A DNA stretch of 61,469 nt, filler included, from Sluysia triapertura (lineage: Eukaryota): NCBI GenBank assembly GCA_046118255.1. It is 5 parts of 5 records of this genome, joined end to end, with 100 filler letters (N's around TTAATTAATTAA, not from the genome) between each part and the next. Parts side by side here need not be neighbours in the genome. Positions count along the whole stretch, not along the records: positions 36,368 to 50,286 come from JBJNIA010014866.1; positions 50,387 to 61,469 come from JBJNIA010189153.1; 3 more parts are not named here. One strand, written 5' to 3'. Under the pieces are notes generated by a model. That model was not told the DNA's origin. It saw only the letters and a program-made list of their open reading frames with translations, and did no database searches. Positions 40,426 through 54,708 of this stretch are shown here, piece by piece; position 1 is the first letter of the stretch, and each line of letters starts with the position of its first letter. A program made the translations under genes and the position numbers.

Positions 40426-41167
40426 AGCTATAGATACACAACGCAATCTTCCCATGTTGTTTCTTATGGAGGTTGATGTACAGATGCACTCCCACAAGCT
40501 ATTGATAGACAAAAAATAAATCTAAAAGCCGTATACCCAAAAAATATTGCAAAACATCAAATTATTAGTCAAACTTCGCATTTTATAACAATTTTTCATA
40601 TTGATGATCGAATAGACATTGCAATTGATTAAAAAATTAAATTACTAAATATATTCAGGCCGATCGTGATGTTACTATTAAGTTTTTGACATTTATATTG
40701 ACACGAGAAATTACTGAAATACAGGTTTTAGTCATACGATTATCATTCCATGAAAAAGCATAAATAAAATTTGAGCATTAACGAAATAAATAGATCGACA
40801 TTGTGAAATGCTAATTTATCTGCTGTATAATTAAGGTGGTACCAATACATATTTAATTGTGAAACCATTTCTTGAAACATCTAAAAAGCAAATTCAATCT
40901 ATTCATTAAATAATTTCAATTCGATTGAATTATTTGAATTTCGTTATTAAACTATATAAATAATTATTCCAAACTTGTAATATTTCTTTAATTTTGTAAG
41001 TACTGAAAATGATTAAAAATATATAATATGAAACTTGTGTATGTTTATATGATTACTAATTCACTGATTTTTCTGTTAAACCTTGAAAATAAGGTTTCTA
41101 ACATGTGCATTAAATAAGATTGTAATTGTAGATACAATAACAAGGATTAATAAATATGTATGAATTA

Positions 41168-41579
41168 TTATAGTCTAGAAACAGATGCTATTTCTGATGC
41201 TTGAGGTTGTTTATAATGAGGGCCAGGCAGTGACTTGTGTTTGGTACTGTTCGATGACTGTAGACAGTAAGGAGAACTAGCATAAGTAGCTACTGAATGA
41301 GGAGGCCCACTGATTAATGAAAGTGGTGGAGAAGTGACTTTAATGTTACTGGATGTGTCACCGTGGCCAATATTATTAGCTGATCCAACTGGTTGAGAAG
41401 TTGCTACATTAACAGGATATAAGGGAGTTGCAGGCGATATTGGATGGTTGCTAGTACCATTAGCAACACCATTATTTAATTGATGGCAGAGAAGAGTTTC
41501 ATGATCTACTGGACTACCGGTGACACCACGAAGAGCATTGGGATTTTTATTACTGTTTTTATTGTATCTATGATGTATG
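41168..41579 (-). CDS. FZD5/8: Probable terminal exon of the Frizzled gene (Ser/Pro-rich cytoplasmic tail)
   Basis: GC-richer stop-free frame after a TTTCAG acceptor (41580-41581), in phase with the 46842 donor. It ends ...PHYKQPQASEIASVSRL*, which resembles the KQ...S-x-hydrophobic PDZ-binding tail of Fz5/8 proteins. Confidence 0.72.
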
Positions 41580-44500
41580 CTGAAATTATAAGAAATATTA
41601 ATAAATTGAATAAGTTAAATATTAATAAAAATACCAAAGCAAAGGTTAATTAAGATTTTTAGTAAAAGTTTGTGTTCCAATTTAAATATTGACTAATATT
41701 TATTTTATAATGAAAAATAAGCAGATTTATTTAATTGGTATGCCTGTCAAATAATGTCAGATTTGAATGGATGATAATACGATTGCTTGATCGCCGGCCA
41801 AATAAATGGATGTATGGCCGGTCGATCGAATTTCTGTTAGATTATCATCACAACCCTTTAAAATCACTAAATTTATTACATAAAGCAACTAAAAATCATT
41901 AAATTCCTTAAAAGAAAATTATTTTCTAAAAAAGAAATCTTACTGCAACAAATAGAGAAAGAAGTTTCTAGAATGTTCTAGAACATTGTCTACATTCAAC
42001 GATGTAATTCATCATATCAAGCTGCTCAATCTGGTTGATAATTCAATTTATTATTAGCTTCTTTTCCCAGTATAATAGCGACATAGTTATATTTTGGAGA
42101 ATTCATACAGATTTATTCCTTCAATCACTTATTCCATATTTTTAGTAAGTTGTTTTTTGTAAGGAATCGGAATAAGAAATCTTTTATTTAATTTATTTTT
42201 TCCCAACCCGATTTAATGAGGGAAAATATTGCATAAATAAAATAAAAATAGATAAGTTAAATATCTTAAAAGATTTAAAATTTTGTTTTCTTTTATTTTG
42301 ATTCATAATAAACCTTGTTTTGATTTTGTGTCAGTTTTAATAATTTTTGTAGCATTCGTTAATTTTTTATTAATTGAGATTAGATTGATCTAGATTTTTT
42401 GAAGATAAATTTTAGATATAAGAATCTCTTTCCGCCACACAAGGTAGGAGTAGATATTGAGGAAAAATGCGTAAGTTAAATTGTAAATTAAAAAGAATAG
42501 ATTTATTAATTTATAGTCGCAGAAGCATCAACTCTCCTCAATTTTTATTTTGTTATAGGTTAAGTGATAAGAAAAATACAACATTTCTTATAATTCGTTT
42601 TGAGATTTTCTTGGTAAAATTTATAGGCTTACATTATCATAAAATCAGAACATTTATTAGCGTTATGCCTTTTAAAAGGGGTATGATATAAAAATTTGTA
42701 ATCATAAAGGGAGAATAATGAACCCTATAAATCACTAATGAAACTTTGTCATTAGGTCTTGAAATTGCTAATTCGAGCGTCTATTATCATAATTATTGTA
42801 GAATAGATAATTACTCGAATTAAAAGTATCCCAAGAATAGAAAATCATTCTCAACTAAAGTTTTAAATGAATAAATCGGTTTTTGTGGCACCAATTATGG
42901 AACATTGTTCATAACAATCGGTTCACAATCGACCAATAACAATCAACTAAATCATGCATACCACTTATTTTTCAAAAATTCACAAAAAGTGTTATCTATC
43001 ATTAAATTATGCAAAAATGAATTAGTTTCACTCGTTTCAGTTAATATAGTGCCAAATTATAATGTTATTCAGTTTTTCTAATAAATTTAGAATAATCAAA
43101 ATATTTATCTAAACTACTAAAACAATTGAAAACGGATTTTAAGGATTTTTATTATCTTTTCATGTAGTAAATAAATTTTTCAATAGTTTGTTTTGACGTT
43201 TTCCTTTACTATTAATTTGTTATTTACAAATTATCGCAATTATCTGTTTGAATTATTAAATTTTGTTCAATTGCGTTAATTTCTGGTGTTGATCTGTTAC
43301 GATCACTGTCGATATAGAGAAGGACTTATTTGAAATTTAATCGTCTTTGTCACCCGAAAAAATTGTATGATTATATCATCTAATTTATTTGATATAATAG
43401 TAACACGTACTATTTATCAATCAAATTATGGATTATTTTCATTAATTTTTAAAAATTTTTACCCATAATAATAAGTAATATATAATTATCTAATAAATAA
43501 ATTAAATAAGTCTGTTTGAATAAATGGAAAAGAAAATCTATTGTAATGAATAAAAATAATGTATAAAAAATAAAATAATAATAACGATAATCGCAACAGT
43601 AAGATAACACAATAACAAAAAAATAACAATAATAAATGATAAAAAGGAAATGATAGTACGACAATAAGGTAAAAATAACAAGAATGATTATTTATTTTGT
43701 TTATGAATTGAATAGAAAAGATTTGTTCATGTCGGTATACAACGAAATAAACAATGTAAGTGTGAATATTATTGTCGTTGTTAAAGTTGTTATTACTGAC
43801 AGAATTTATTAATTTATTAAATGGGTTTCATTGTTGTGTGTGATTGTGTGGTTAAGCTCAGGATGGTTGTATTACACATGTTTTACTCATTTTATGTTTA
43901 GCACTTTTAGTGCAAATTTGTTAATAGGCGTAGTATTAATGATTATTATTATTTGAAGGGTGTAATTAATAGTTACAGCAGTTTTTAATTATTATTAATT
44001 TAATATTGCTGTATTTTTGCATTTATTATAATTATTATTCTTATCGTTATTATTTTATTAATAGTATTATTATCAGATTAATATTTATTATTATTACTAT
44101 TATTATTATTATCCATTATATGTTTTAATTTAGGCAATTATAATAGACTATACACTTAATAATTATACTGATGAAATAAAGTAAAACAGAATTCATAAAT
44201 TAAATCAAAATACTGAAATTATTTGAGTCAAAGGTGTCAGGTTCGATTATTATCCAATCTACTTTTACAGATTAACACATCTCGAAGTGTGTTTAATGTA
44301 AAAATAGTTAATTTTATTTAATGTAGTTTGAAATAAAGCAAAGTTGTTACATTTTAAAGTATAAAAGCTTATTAATTTAAAATAATTTATTTAAAAAATG
44401 ATATTAATAAGATTAATTAATAATAAATCATAACAATCACAAAATAATTATGTTATAACGCCCACACATTAAATTAATGTAAATAATATTTTAAGGTGTA

Positions 44501-46842
44501 ACGCCCATATTAAATTAATTAAGACTTTATAAAAAATAAAAGGCCACCTTGCTGTGATAAAAAAATGATATAAAATAATACATTACTATTCGAGATCATG
44601 TGGAAAAAATGAAGTCAATGTTATACAAACGAAAGCTTCATAGTCACCAATAAAATTAGCATAACAAATTCGTAATTTAGAGAAAATATTATTCCGACGA
44701 AATAAAGCGATATTATTGATCGCTATTGGGAAATCACATCGTGAATACTAAGAATTTTTTGATTGACACCGATTTGGGTAGTTTATATATATATAAAGTT
44801 TCCCTTGGTTAAGGCAAGGTTAAAATAAACTTTATTGTTTAATTATTTTACGGTAGTTTAAAACTATCTTTAAAATCATTGATAAATTGATATTAAGAAA
44901 ATTTATTACAATCATATTAAGAAAGTCTTAATTTAATAATTTACCATTTTTATGTTTGGCTTTATCCACAATTTTGATTTTGTAAATAAAAGCTTAACAA
45001 GTTTCATTCAGTTCATTTATTTCATTAAAGAATAGAATAAAGTTTGGATAAACAGAACCTAAATTAATGCGGAGATACTTGTATTTAATTTAAAAAGTAT
45101 CATAAAGTTCAATGTGGTGGTTCACCTCGTAACTCACAACTCTATCGATCGATCAACTTATAATTCATAATTCTGAGAACTATAGGTGTAGTAGTATCAT
45201 TGTAATTTATCTCAATTCAGACAAAACCTTTACAACATATAAATGACAAGATACTAAGATTTGCTACAAAATACATCCAACGCTTAAGATAAAAGCAATC
45301 ATCATAATATTACTAACCCAAAAAGACTTTAAACATCAATTTATATCATTAATATTACATACTAAAATATTTCTACCAAACTTAAGCCATTAATAAACTT
45401 CAGTTCATCGTGCTTGTAATTTTTGAAGATATGATGTTAAAATAACTATATTTAACTTAAATATCTTTAATTGCTTTATTAAGTTATCCTATATTTATTT
45501 AATAACATTAATAATAATAATAAAATTATTTAAATGCAATAATAATATAGTTATTTTCATCATCTTTGTCATCATTATGTTGCCAATCATGACGAAACTG
45601 AGACTGTATGCTTTTAAGCCAGTGAAATTTGAATTGGTTACAGTAGCCGCCAAATCAATTTCCAATTATTTAACTTATTAGAGATTGGCGATATTTTTTA
45701 AAACTCATTTGGAAATTTTAACCACGCCACAAGCAAGATCGAAATTAATTACGATATGTTCAAAATTAGCTGGAATGACAGATTTATTTTATTATACTTG
45801 TATGTCAAACGAACTTCATAGGATTATTATTAGTTTTAAGATCTGACAATTAAAGTGAGAAAGGAATACGTAAATCCAGATTATGTTCAGGGTTCATAAA
45901 TTTTTCATTACTGGGATGAGTACGTAAGCAAATTCTGTAAATGTACACTATCATATCTTGGTTTGATACATAATTAAGTTAATTGAGATTATTACAAACT
46001 GTTTCCTGAACTAATACGCGAGTCTTGATTGAGACTCAACATCCAAATCACTTTCATTGAAACACTTGAATCATTACTGTACCTTCACATTCAACGACAC
46101 AAATTACTTTGGCACTGCTTTTGCACAAAAATTCTTTCTCTAATAATAGCACGGCAAAATGCAAAATTAGATATTGGACATCGAAAAATAGAAAAAAATA
46201 ACTTTTCATCATAGTCACGTTATGAACACATACACCACACACAAATACACGCTTACTTTAAGTCATTAACGAAGACACACCACGACGCACGAACTTTTTC
46301 TTAATTACTGAAATACACTTTTGCATTTATTTGGGATAAATACAAATATATTGATATTCGAACATAAAGTTATAAGAACTTATTTTAGTAATAGATATTT
46401 TCATAAATGCATTAACTGTTTATACACAGTTAAAGATACTTAGAATCACTTTATTACTGAGATGTACACTTAAAAATTCATTCGAAATTGTGAAGTTGAA
46501 TATACAAAATTATGATTGATAACTTAGTTAAATTACAAATCATAATCAAGGAACAAAGATAGTAATCAGCATGAATGTCTCAAATATTACATCATTAGAT
46601 AAAAAGTAAAGTAAAATAACAAAAGATAAACAGAAAAAAGTATTAATTAAATTAATTACTATTTAAAAGTTAACTTAATAAAAATAAGAAATTTATAATT
46701 TCCGATAATATGTAATAAAAAAGAATGAAAAAAATGTTTTATTTTTTCGCAAATATTTATTTTTATTTTAATTAAATATTTAATTAACACTTATTAAAGT
46801 TTATATTCAATTATTAATTTTATTTTAAATCGAATGTCTTAC

Positions 46843-47014
46843 TTTCCAGTTTTAGTCAACATTTTGCAAGCATTGCACCACGAGTCTAAAGTTTTCAGTG
46901 TCCATATCCAAAACCCGGACGTTATTCCAACAGCGAGGCACATGAAATACTTGAGCATAAATATAGCAAATTCTGGTTCTGTATTTTTAAAAGAATTTTC
47001 ATTATACTGATTAG
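46843..47014 (-). CDS. FZD5/8: Frizzled-5/8-type Wnt receptor, exon with TM7 and the KTxxxW motif
   Basis: Hand translation EPEFAIFMLKYFMCLAVGITSGFWIWTLKTLDSWCNACKMLTKTG matches the Fz5/8/DFz2 TM7 signature (FMLKYFMCL-VGITSG-W-W--KTL-SW). AG acceptor at 47015-47016 and GTAAG donor at 46842. Not in the ORF track. Confidence 0.9.
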
Positions 47015-49474
47015 CTGAATAAGTATAAATAAAGTTTTATTCCTTAAATCATCCAATAAAAATGTTTAAATAATTTAAATTCAGAAAGAAACAATTACGT
47101 TGTTTATTAGACTTATTATAGGTTCCTTTATTATAGGTTTTAATATTAACTTTTACTAACAATTTTTGTAGAACATTTTCCCAACTTCATTATATACTTA
47201 ATGAGCTTCTTTTTACATTAATATCACTATTTTAAAATGGAATCACTTTCACATGAATTTGTTCAGTACAAGTTGCGTCGAGTTATTTCATATTAAAATA
47301 TAGAAAAATAATTAGTTCAGGTTTATTATGTCATCAATAAATTAATATTTTTTTTATTTTATAAACTTACTTGGGTTTTAAAATGACAAACCTTTAGCTC
47401 ATATTTATAATTATTGCTGTTATTACTTGTTTTGAATATCAAGTGTTAATTATTTATGCAAAAAACTACTTCGAAACACCAAATTGATCTGTAATTAATG
47501 ATATTTTCATTAGATTTTCATTAAAAAAATAATTTTGTTTATGAAATGAATTATATAAACAATTTTAAGCATAAAATTTATTAAATTTTAAACAGTTAAA
47601 ATCATTACTAAGACGTTAAAAGTCATTCATCTATGTTATTATGTTTGTAATATTTGAAATACAATAAATTTTTAATAATTAAATTAGTTTAAAATTGTTT
47701 ACTAAATTATATATTTTAAATAAACAAAAACTTAGTTTAATTGTATGTATTTAATTTTTTAAAATTACCCTAAGAAATAATTATTACATCGTATTAATTT
47801 AGTACTACATTGACTGTAATTACTTTTTTGGTAATACAATTTTATTATCATAAATCATATAAAATTTTAAATATGGCGTTCTATGATTTTGTTGTAATAC
47901 ATCATTTGTTTATTTAATTAAAGTGGAATTGGTAAAGCTTCAGTACAATTGCAAAATATGTAATTAGTGAATTAGCGGCTTAAATCCCTGAGAAAGGTAA
48001 CCATATAGAGAAATTTTCTTTATATGGAGGATCAAATTTAATCTAACCTCGAATAGTAATACTAAAATTTGTTAATTTAATAATAATAATGTTTGGAACG
48101 GATCATCTTTAATATTTATGAAGTCGGATTCTCTTTAAATCAATACTTTAATTCAATTATTTTCAATTACTTTATCGAAACTATTCCTATACTTTAACTT
48201 ATATTCTTTTACTTAAACTCTTTTACTTTTTCTGTGACTCAAATTGATCAAATGTTTAAAACAACTACTCGATATAAGACTATATTCACAATCTATTTAA
48301 AGTATGAGTGAAACACAGAGATTAATAGTAACAATAAGATTTTTACAACAATTAATTACATATAACTCAACATGATGAAAATCAAAATGCAAATAATATA
48401 AAAGATTATAATGACAATAGCGATAAGTTGGAGTATTAATGATTTTGTTCTTAACCATTTAACTACAGGTATTTATTTAATAGGCAAGCCGTTCATACGC
48501 AAAAACAGCAAAAAAATTCAAACAAAAATTATATATTTTGTTTTAGAACAATATTTTAGCAAGAATAAAATTTTAAAATACATTCTTCTTGTCTTTAGAA
48601 CGAAATATATTTGAAGAAGTGTCTGTTTATTTTTGGTCAATTTCGTTTACTAAATTTAAAATTTCAATTGAAGTTTTGCGCAAAATGTTTCATTTTAACC
48701 TCCTAGTAGAAATTGTACAATAAAACTTCCATAAAACGAACTCCTAAAATGTATCATTTTCTCTAACTTGATTATTTTTTGTACGGAATAGAAATTCGAC
48801 TTATGTAGATGTATATTTCTATAATAAAATACAGTCTACCTTCCATAAGTTGAACTTCTTCAAATATGAAATTTTCTTACTACTTATCTTAGGTATAAAA
48901 TGAAAATAATTAGACCAAACAGTAATGAATTACGTGAGTTTCTATGTCCTGCGGGTCTAAATGAAATCAGATATTCATAACATAGATAAGCGACACTAAT
49001 TCCCGGACCAATTCATGACAGCCCTACCTCACAAAAATTTCGTTGCCTCGTCTTTTGACGACAGCCTTAATTAAAGGGTTAAGCAAGGAAATCTTACACA
49101 AATAAAGTATTAGGATGACCGCTTTCCTCTAAAATCGATTATTCGTAATTTCTGTCTTTTTGATAAGAGTCATGAATAATAACTAAAACCGACAAAGTAA
49201 ATATTTGATGCTAACTTGCTTGCGAATGATTGCTGTAACTAATGCTTTATATTTCTTAGGTTTATTTATTCACCATGTCTCAGTAGTAATACACCTTTTG
49301 TACTGTCATTATATCGCTTTATCATCGTAATAATTATTGTGTTCTTTTAGGTGTATTTGACTAAATATGGCGTCGTATAAAATTACGAACTTACATCCTA
49401 AAATAATTGCATTACAATGTTAATGGAAGTTACACCCTAATTTGAAAATAATTAATGATTTGCATTATTACTGC

Positions 49475-49522
<48 letters not shown>

Positions 49523-50124
49523 GTTATTAATTTATTATTATAAATGTTTTATTATTATATAATTATTTTAAGACCCAGCTCGGAAATTGAAAATTGTAAT
49601 AAGTGGTTTTTCAAGTAATATTGAAGAAAAGTTATTTAACTTCACTTCTAAAGTTAAACGGTATGATATTATGGATATAAAAATGGTACAACGATAATAA
49701 AGACGTTTAATGCTTAAATCAAAGAAACACCTACTATGTCCTGTATCACATACTTCTTTTGGCAGAAATTCAGTTCAAGGTGTTCAAAAAAGCTACAAAA
49801 TAATCGAAAAATAACAGCTAGGCAAATGTGAGATTTGTCAACTGGTCGTTAAATATCACGATTTGTATTTAATGGACATCTGAAAATAAGAAGAATTGAA
49901 GTTATTATTATTGGTCGTCATGAAGAAATAAACAACAGAAATAAAGATTTTTTGGGCAAGAAAATGCTCAATCTCACACGTCAAAAAAGAAATTATATTA
50001 TACTTGTTTCGCTTAGTGGCTCATTTCTTAAAGAGTATGCCTTCAATGTCGAAGATAGAATAAATAATGGATAGCAAGTATTTTTTGTTTCTAAAATCAT
50101 GTATTGATATTTGAATGTTATTAA

Positions 50125-50186
50125 CCGTTTGAGCGCGGCGAATTTTCTGATATATGTGCTAAAAGCGCTTCGCCGCACTCAAACGG
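50125..50186. mobile_element. Minimal piggyBac-like MITE / GC-rich inverted repeat
   Basis: TTAA|CCGTTTGAGCGCGGCGAA ... TTCGCCGCACTCAAACGG|TTTT: 18-bp TIRs with one mismatch and a TTAA target on the left. Confidence 0.6.
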
Positions 50187-50286
50187 TTTTCGAACAATAT
50201 GAATTCTGCTTTGAGTAATAAATATATAATTTTTATAAAAATATTATTACCTTATTTTCGCAAATCATATATTATTTCTGGGACAA

Positions 50287-50386
50287 NNNNNNNNNNNNNN
50301 NNNNNNNNNNNNNNNNNNNNNNNNNNNNNNTTAATTAATTAANNNNNNNNNNNNNNNNNNNNNNNNNNNNNNNNNNNNNNNNNNNN
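50287..50386. other. Assembly gap linker
   Basis: 44 N + TTAATTAATTAA + 44 N. Confidence 0.97.
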
Positions 50387-51866
50387 AAGGATAGCTTAAT
50401 TATATAAATTTCAAGAAACGTATTTTAAAGAAATTAGACCGTAAAAGGCTAATTTAATATTTATTTTGATCAGTTAGACCGTAAAAAAGCTAACTTAAAA
50501 TCCTTAAAAAATATCAACAAATAATAATAATAATTTAACGAGATAACCGTCATAAATTTATTCATATCTTAAGTCTCTATTTGCTTCTGTCCTTTACATA
50601 TTAAATCCTAATAGGCCGCCGTCGTTCAGACTTAAGACGTTCTTATTAGGTCGAACTCTTCTAGGCTTATTTGCATCGTAGGTTAGGTATAGCCCAAAAT
50701 CGTTGCATATATATTAAAAATAAAATTATTTTTATTAATATTTAAGTAGCAGTAGAAGAAATTCACACAGATAAATATGGGACATTATTTAATTTTTGGA
50801 AAGACATCTAAGAAGATATTTCATAAATCAAGTCATAAATCACAATTCAAAAACAAAAACACGATGTATAAAAGTAATCGCCATTTTTATTGAATTATTT
50901 TTCTTAGATCTAAAAGTCACCAAAAATCTGGATAATTCTTATTTTTCGCCTAATACTTAATATACTTAACTTCAAGTTATTGTTGTAAATTTGAAAGTCT
51001 TATTAAGTGAATTCTATTTCATAAATTTTTAGTTACAATGTAATCATTTTCAGCGCAATAGAGGTTGATTTTCGTCGCTTTACTGATAAAAACGAATTAA
51101 CGCTGATCGAACTCTTTAGGTTAAAATTAATCTGGTTAAACTTCTTATACTAAACATATTGTAATTTAAAACCAGATCTGATCCACTTTAAATTTCGTGT
51201 ATTTAGAACAAAGTATGTTTTAAATTATTCTGAAAATCTTGCAGAGATTACCAACTTAAATATGCTAACTTAATAAGATATTCTGATTATTATATCGATT
51301 ACGTGATTTTTAGATATTTAGACATTTTAATGATTAGAATAAATACACAAATTATGTAGTGTTTTTTATAAAATTCTAAGATAGTGATATAAATATTCTT
51401 AAATTATTGAATTGTTTGTAACTTATTTTATTAATACGAATTAATCACATTTTAAAAAATAGGTTATTATGATTTACATAGTTGCGCAATAGGTATTTGA
51501 ATTTAAGAAAATATTCTATCACAAGAAAATTTCTAAATGAAAAAAGTTATAAAACTAATTTCTGTGCCTACTCTAAATTATGTTTTAGAATATAACAAAA
51601 TAATTATTACCAAATTGGTAACATAAAAATCATAATACATGTAACTAAATTCCAAAAACTAAAAAATAAAAACAGATAAATGTAGGAAGTGTAATTTATA
51701 TTGAATAAATTAGCCTATTTGGATGATCTAAATTTCAATTAAATTTTTTTATTTTTTCTGTTAGAAGTGTTTTAATTTTGATATTTTTTAAATAATCTGC
51801 CATTTTTTTGTAAATTATCAATAACAAACCGTCAATATAGATTATCCGGTAAATAATGCTCGCTTA

Positions 51867-53042
51867 ATGGCACCAGTGATGTCAGGCAATGTGAATGTAA
51901 ATGGCCAACCACCGCCTATGTCGATGCCTCCAATGATGAGTCGGGCTTCCGAGCTGGGTGGAATTTTAGGTGAGCCTCCTGGTCCACCAGGTGCAATGAT
52001 GCATGGGCCACCACCTCCAGGAGCCGGGCCCCCAAATCAGTACGCTCTAGCTAATATGATGGGAGGTGGTCCGCCTCCACCAATGCATGAAAGAGAGTTG
52101 CTATTACCTCCACCTCATGGATTACCACCTATGAGTGGACCGATGATAGGACCTCCACCACCACAGCACGTAGGACCACATCCTGGCATTGCTATGGCAC
52201 GAATAGGTGGAACTGGTAATCCACCTTGTTTAATTTCACCGGAGGCAAAATTTCTAGATTTTAATCGTAGATTGTTACAAAGAAGTGAAGAATGTGATAA
52301 TATTTGGTGGGATAACACCATAAATGACTATTTTGAAGATGATGCTGGATTAATGGTATCTTTCATTGAAGATGGTACAAATAAAAGATATGGTTAGAAT
52401 TGTGTTTTAATTTTGTAAATATGAGCATATGTTAGCCTTATTTTTAATCAACATGCAAATTTAATGTAACACTTTATTACAGTTATTGGTCGAACATTAA
52501 TTCCGCGTTATTTTCGAAGTATTTTTGAGAGTGGATGTACAGATTATTATTATACATTACGTTCTTATCGCGAGAGCTTTCATGGCACAATAATTCGCAT
52601 TGAGAGTGAAGCATGTCAAATGGTAATGACTTTTCCTCGAGCTATGCCATCAGCGATTGTTATCGTTGAAGGTTCGCTTTATCTCGATTTTACCCCAGAA
52701 GAAAATATGAGGATAAGACATTGGAATTTTCAAGTAAAAAATCATCGTGAATATATGCTTAGATCTATTCCTAATTTTAATGTAATTTTGTAATTATGTT
52801 TAATTATAAATTTAAGATGAACCAGGAACAAGTTTTAAGAGATCTCTCTAATAATATTACTGTAAATGGTATTCCTAAAAACACATTGAATTTTTTTCGA
52901 ATATGTAATATTTTGGAGCCAATGCAAGAGTTAATGTCTAGGCAGAAAGCTTACAGCTTAAATCCTAAAGATTGTTTAAAGACAACACTATTTCAGAAAT
53001 GGCAACGCATGGTTGCACCACCTAATCAGCAACAAAAATCAG
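51867..53042 (+). CDS. LDB1: LIM-domain-binding protein (LDB1/2, Chip), exons 51867-52392, 52483-52781, 52817-53042; the 3' LID exon was not found
   Basis: Pro/Gly/Met-rich N-terminus, then FNRRLLQRSEECDNIWWD...YFEDDA, KRY|VIGRTLIPRYFRSIFESG, EGSLYLDF...MRIRHWNF and ILEPMQELMSRQKAYSLNPKDCLKTTLFQKWQRMVAPP. GT-AG introns of 90 and 35 bp. Confidence 0.93.
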
Positions 53043-54708
53043 GTTTGATTTAATTTTCTGATTTTAAGTTAGAAATATTAAATAGATATCTACTTAGAAA
53101 ATATTATGAAAAAGGTTATAGCCGTTTTTCCTTAAAAAATAAGCTTTATTAATGTTGAGTAAAATTTTTGGTATTGTAATGCATTTGATAAATTTGTAAT
53201 TACAAATGGTGTATCTATTTCTTTCGTAAAACATAGATTTAGAAATTAAAAAGTTACTATGCTTGATTATACAAAATCAGTATAAACCATACTGATTTCA
53301 ATATAAACCATAATTTCCCTCTGCTATTAATTTTACATAGTACAATATTTTTCATTGCTCAATTTCCATTTTTTATTAGTATATTAAAGCTAAGCGTTTT
53401 TTATTGAGTTTTTATAAATCATTTGGCAGTGAAATGTCTTTGAAGTTTATTAATTGACACAGAAGATTCAATGTTTGATTAAGGATACAAATGGGAGAAT
53501 AAAACTTAATTAGTTTTCTCATTTATATTACAATTAGAATGGATGTTTCTTTATTATAAATTAAGTTCATAGGAGTGGTTGGTTATCAAATTGGTAAATT
53601 TTAAAATGTTCGTTATTGCTTTATGAAAAGTGTTGATTTAATTCTTTAAATGCACTTTACGCACCATTAAAAAGTATTTTTATTCAGGTAACTTGGTTAT
53701 TTTATAAAGTGATGATACTGTTGAAGTACTAATGTACAAAGTACAGTTAATTAAAGTAAATTAGGTATAAAAATTAAAATAACATTCAATTTCTAATTAG
53801 TATGTAATCATGCAATATTAAGTTTGGGTGTTTTTTTAATGTATAACTGCTGGGTTTATTATGTTTCGCTTCAGTAAGTGGCACAATATTATAACTAAAT
53901 GTAGATTACAATTGTAAGTATTAAAGTTAAGGACAAAATTTTTTGTGTAAAATCTCAACAGAATTTTCCATAAAAGCACTTAATATTGAATTGCACAGAT
54001 GGTAGAAGCGCAAATTTTAGTAATTAAAATTAATTTAGTTTCAAATCGCTATGCTCAAAAATAAATTAAACGCTAATATACTAAAATATATGTTAACTTG
54101 AACTACCGTTTTTTAAAATTATATTTACTCAATATATTAACAGTAAAAAATTAGCATTCACGAAACCAATATTAATCTGTCGTAATATAAGTGAATAAAT
54201 GATTTTACAATTTACCAAAATGGATTCAAATGATGTAATTACAATCATTTATTTAATATAATCACTGAAACGCATTTGATATAACTCAAATCGTTTCCGT
54301 TCTTTGCATGTAGTAATTATATTGGATTTCCCATATTTTAAAACACTATTGTCACTTAGCTGTATGCCCTTTAAATTTAAAGCTGGGTTAAGGTTTGGTG
54401 TAATTAATTAAATATCGTAAAAGGTATAAATAATTATAAAGTGTGGAGGGCCATATTTGATTTTATTTTTATTTTTAAAAATATTCAACTTTAAAAGGAC
54501 AAGTTTAATTAAAATAAGATAATTAACCAAATTTAATTTAAATTTGAACAAGAAGGGCTTAAGGCCCGAAATGATTAACAATAAACATATAATTAAAATT
54601 CCTAAATAGACCACAAGCTTTATTAATGTAAAATTCATGCATAAATATAATAGATATAAAGTTTGTAATATTAACAAAATAAACAATAAATAATTAAAGT
54701 TTTTAACA

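Noticed and set aside
36874-48614. Many 60-80-aa Ile/Phe/Asn/Lys-rich ORFs (also 788-992, 4766-5017, 57701-58341)
   Set aside because: Composition expected from AT-rich low-complexity DNA; no motifs or splice support.
52115-52321. Antisense Gly-rich ORF
   Set aside because: Reverse complement of the Pro-rich LDB exon.
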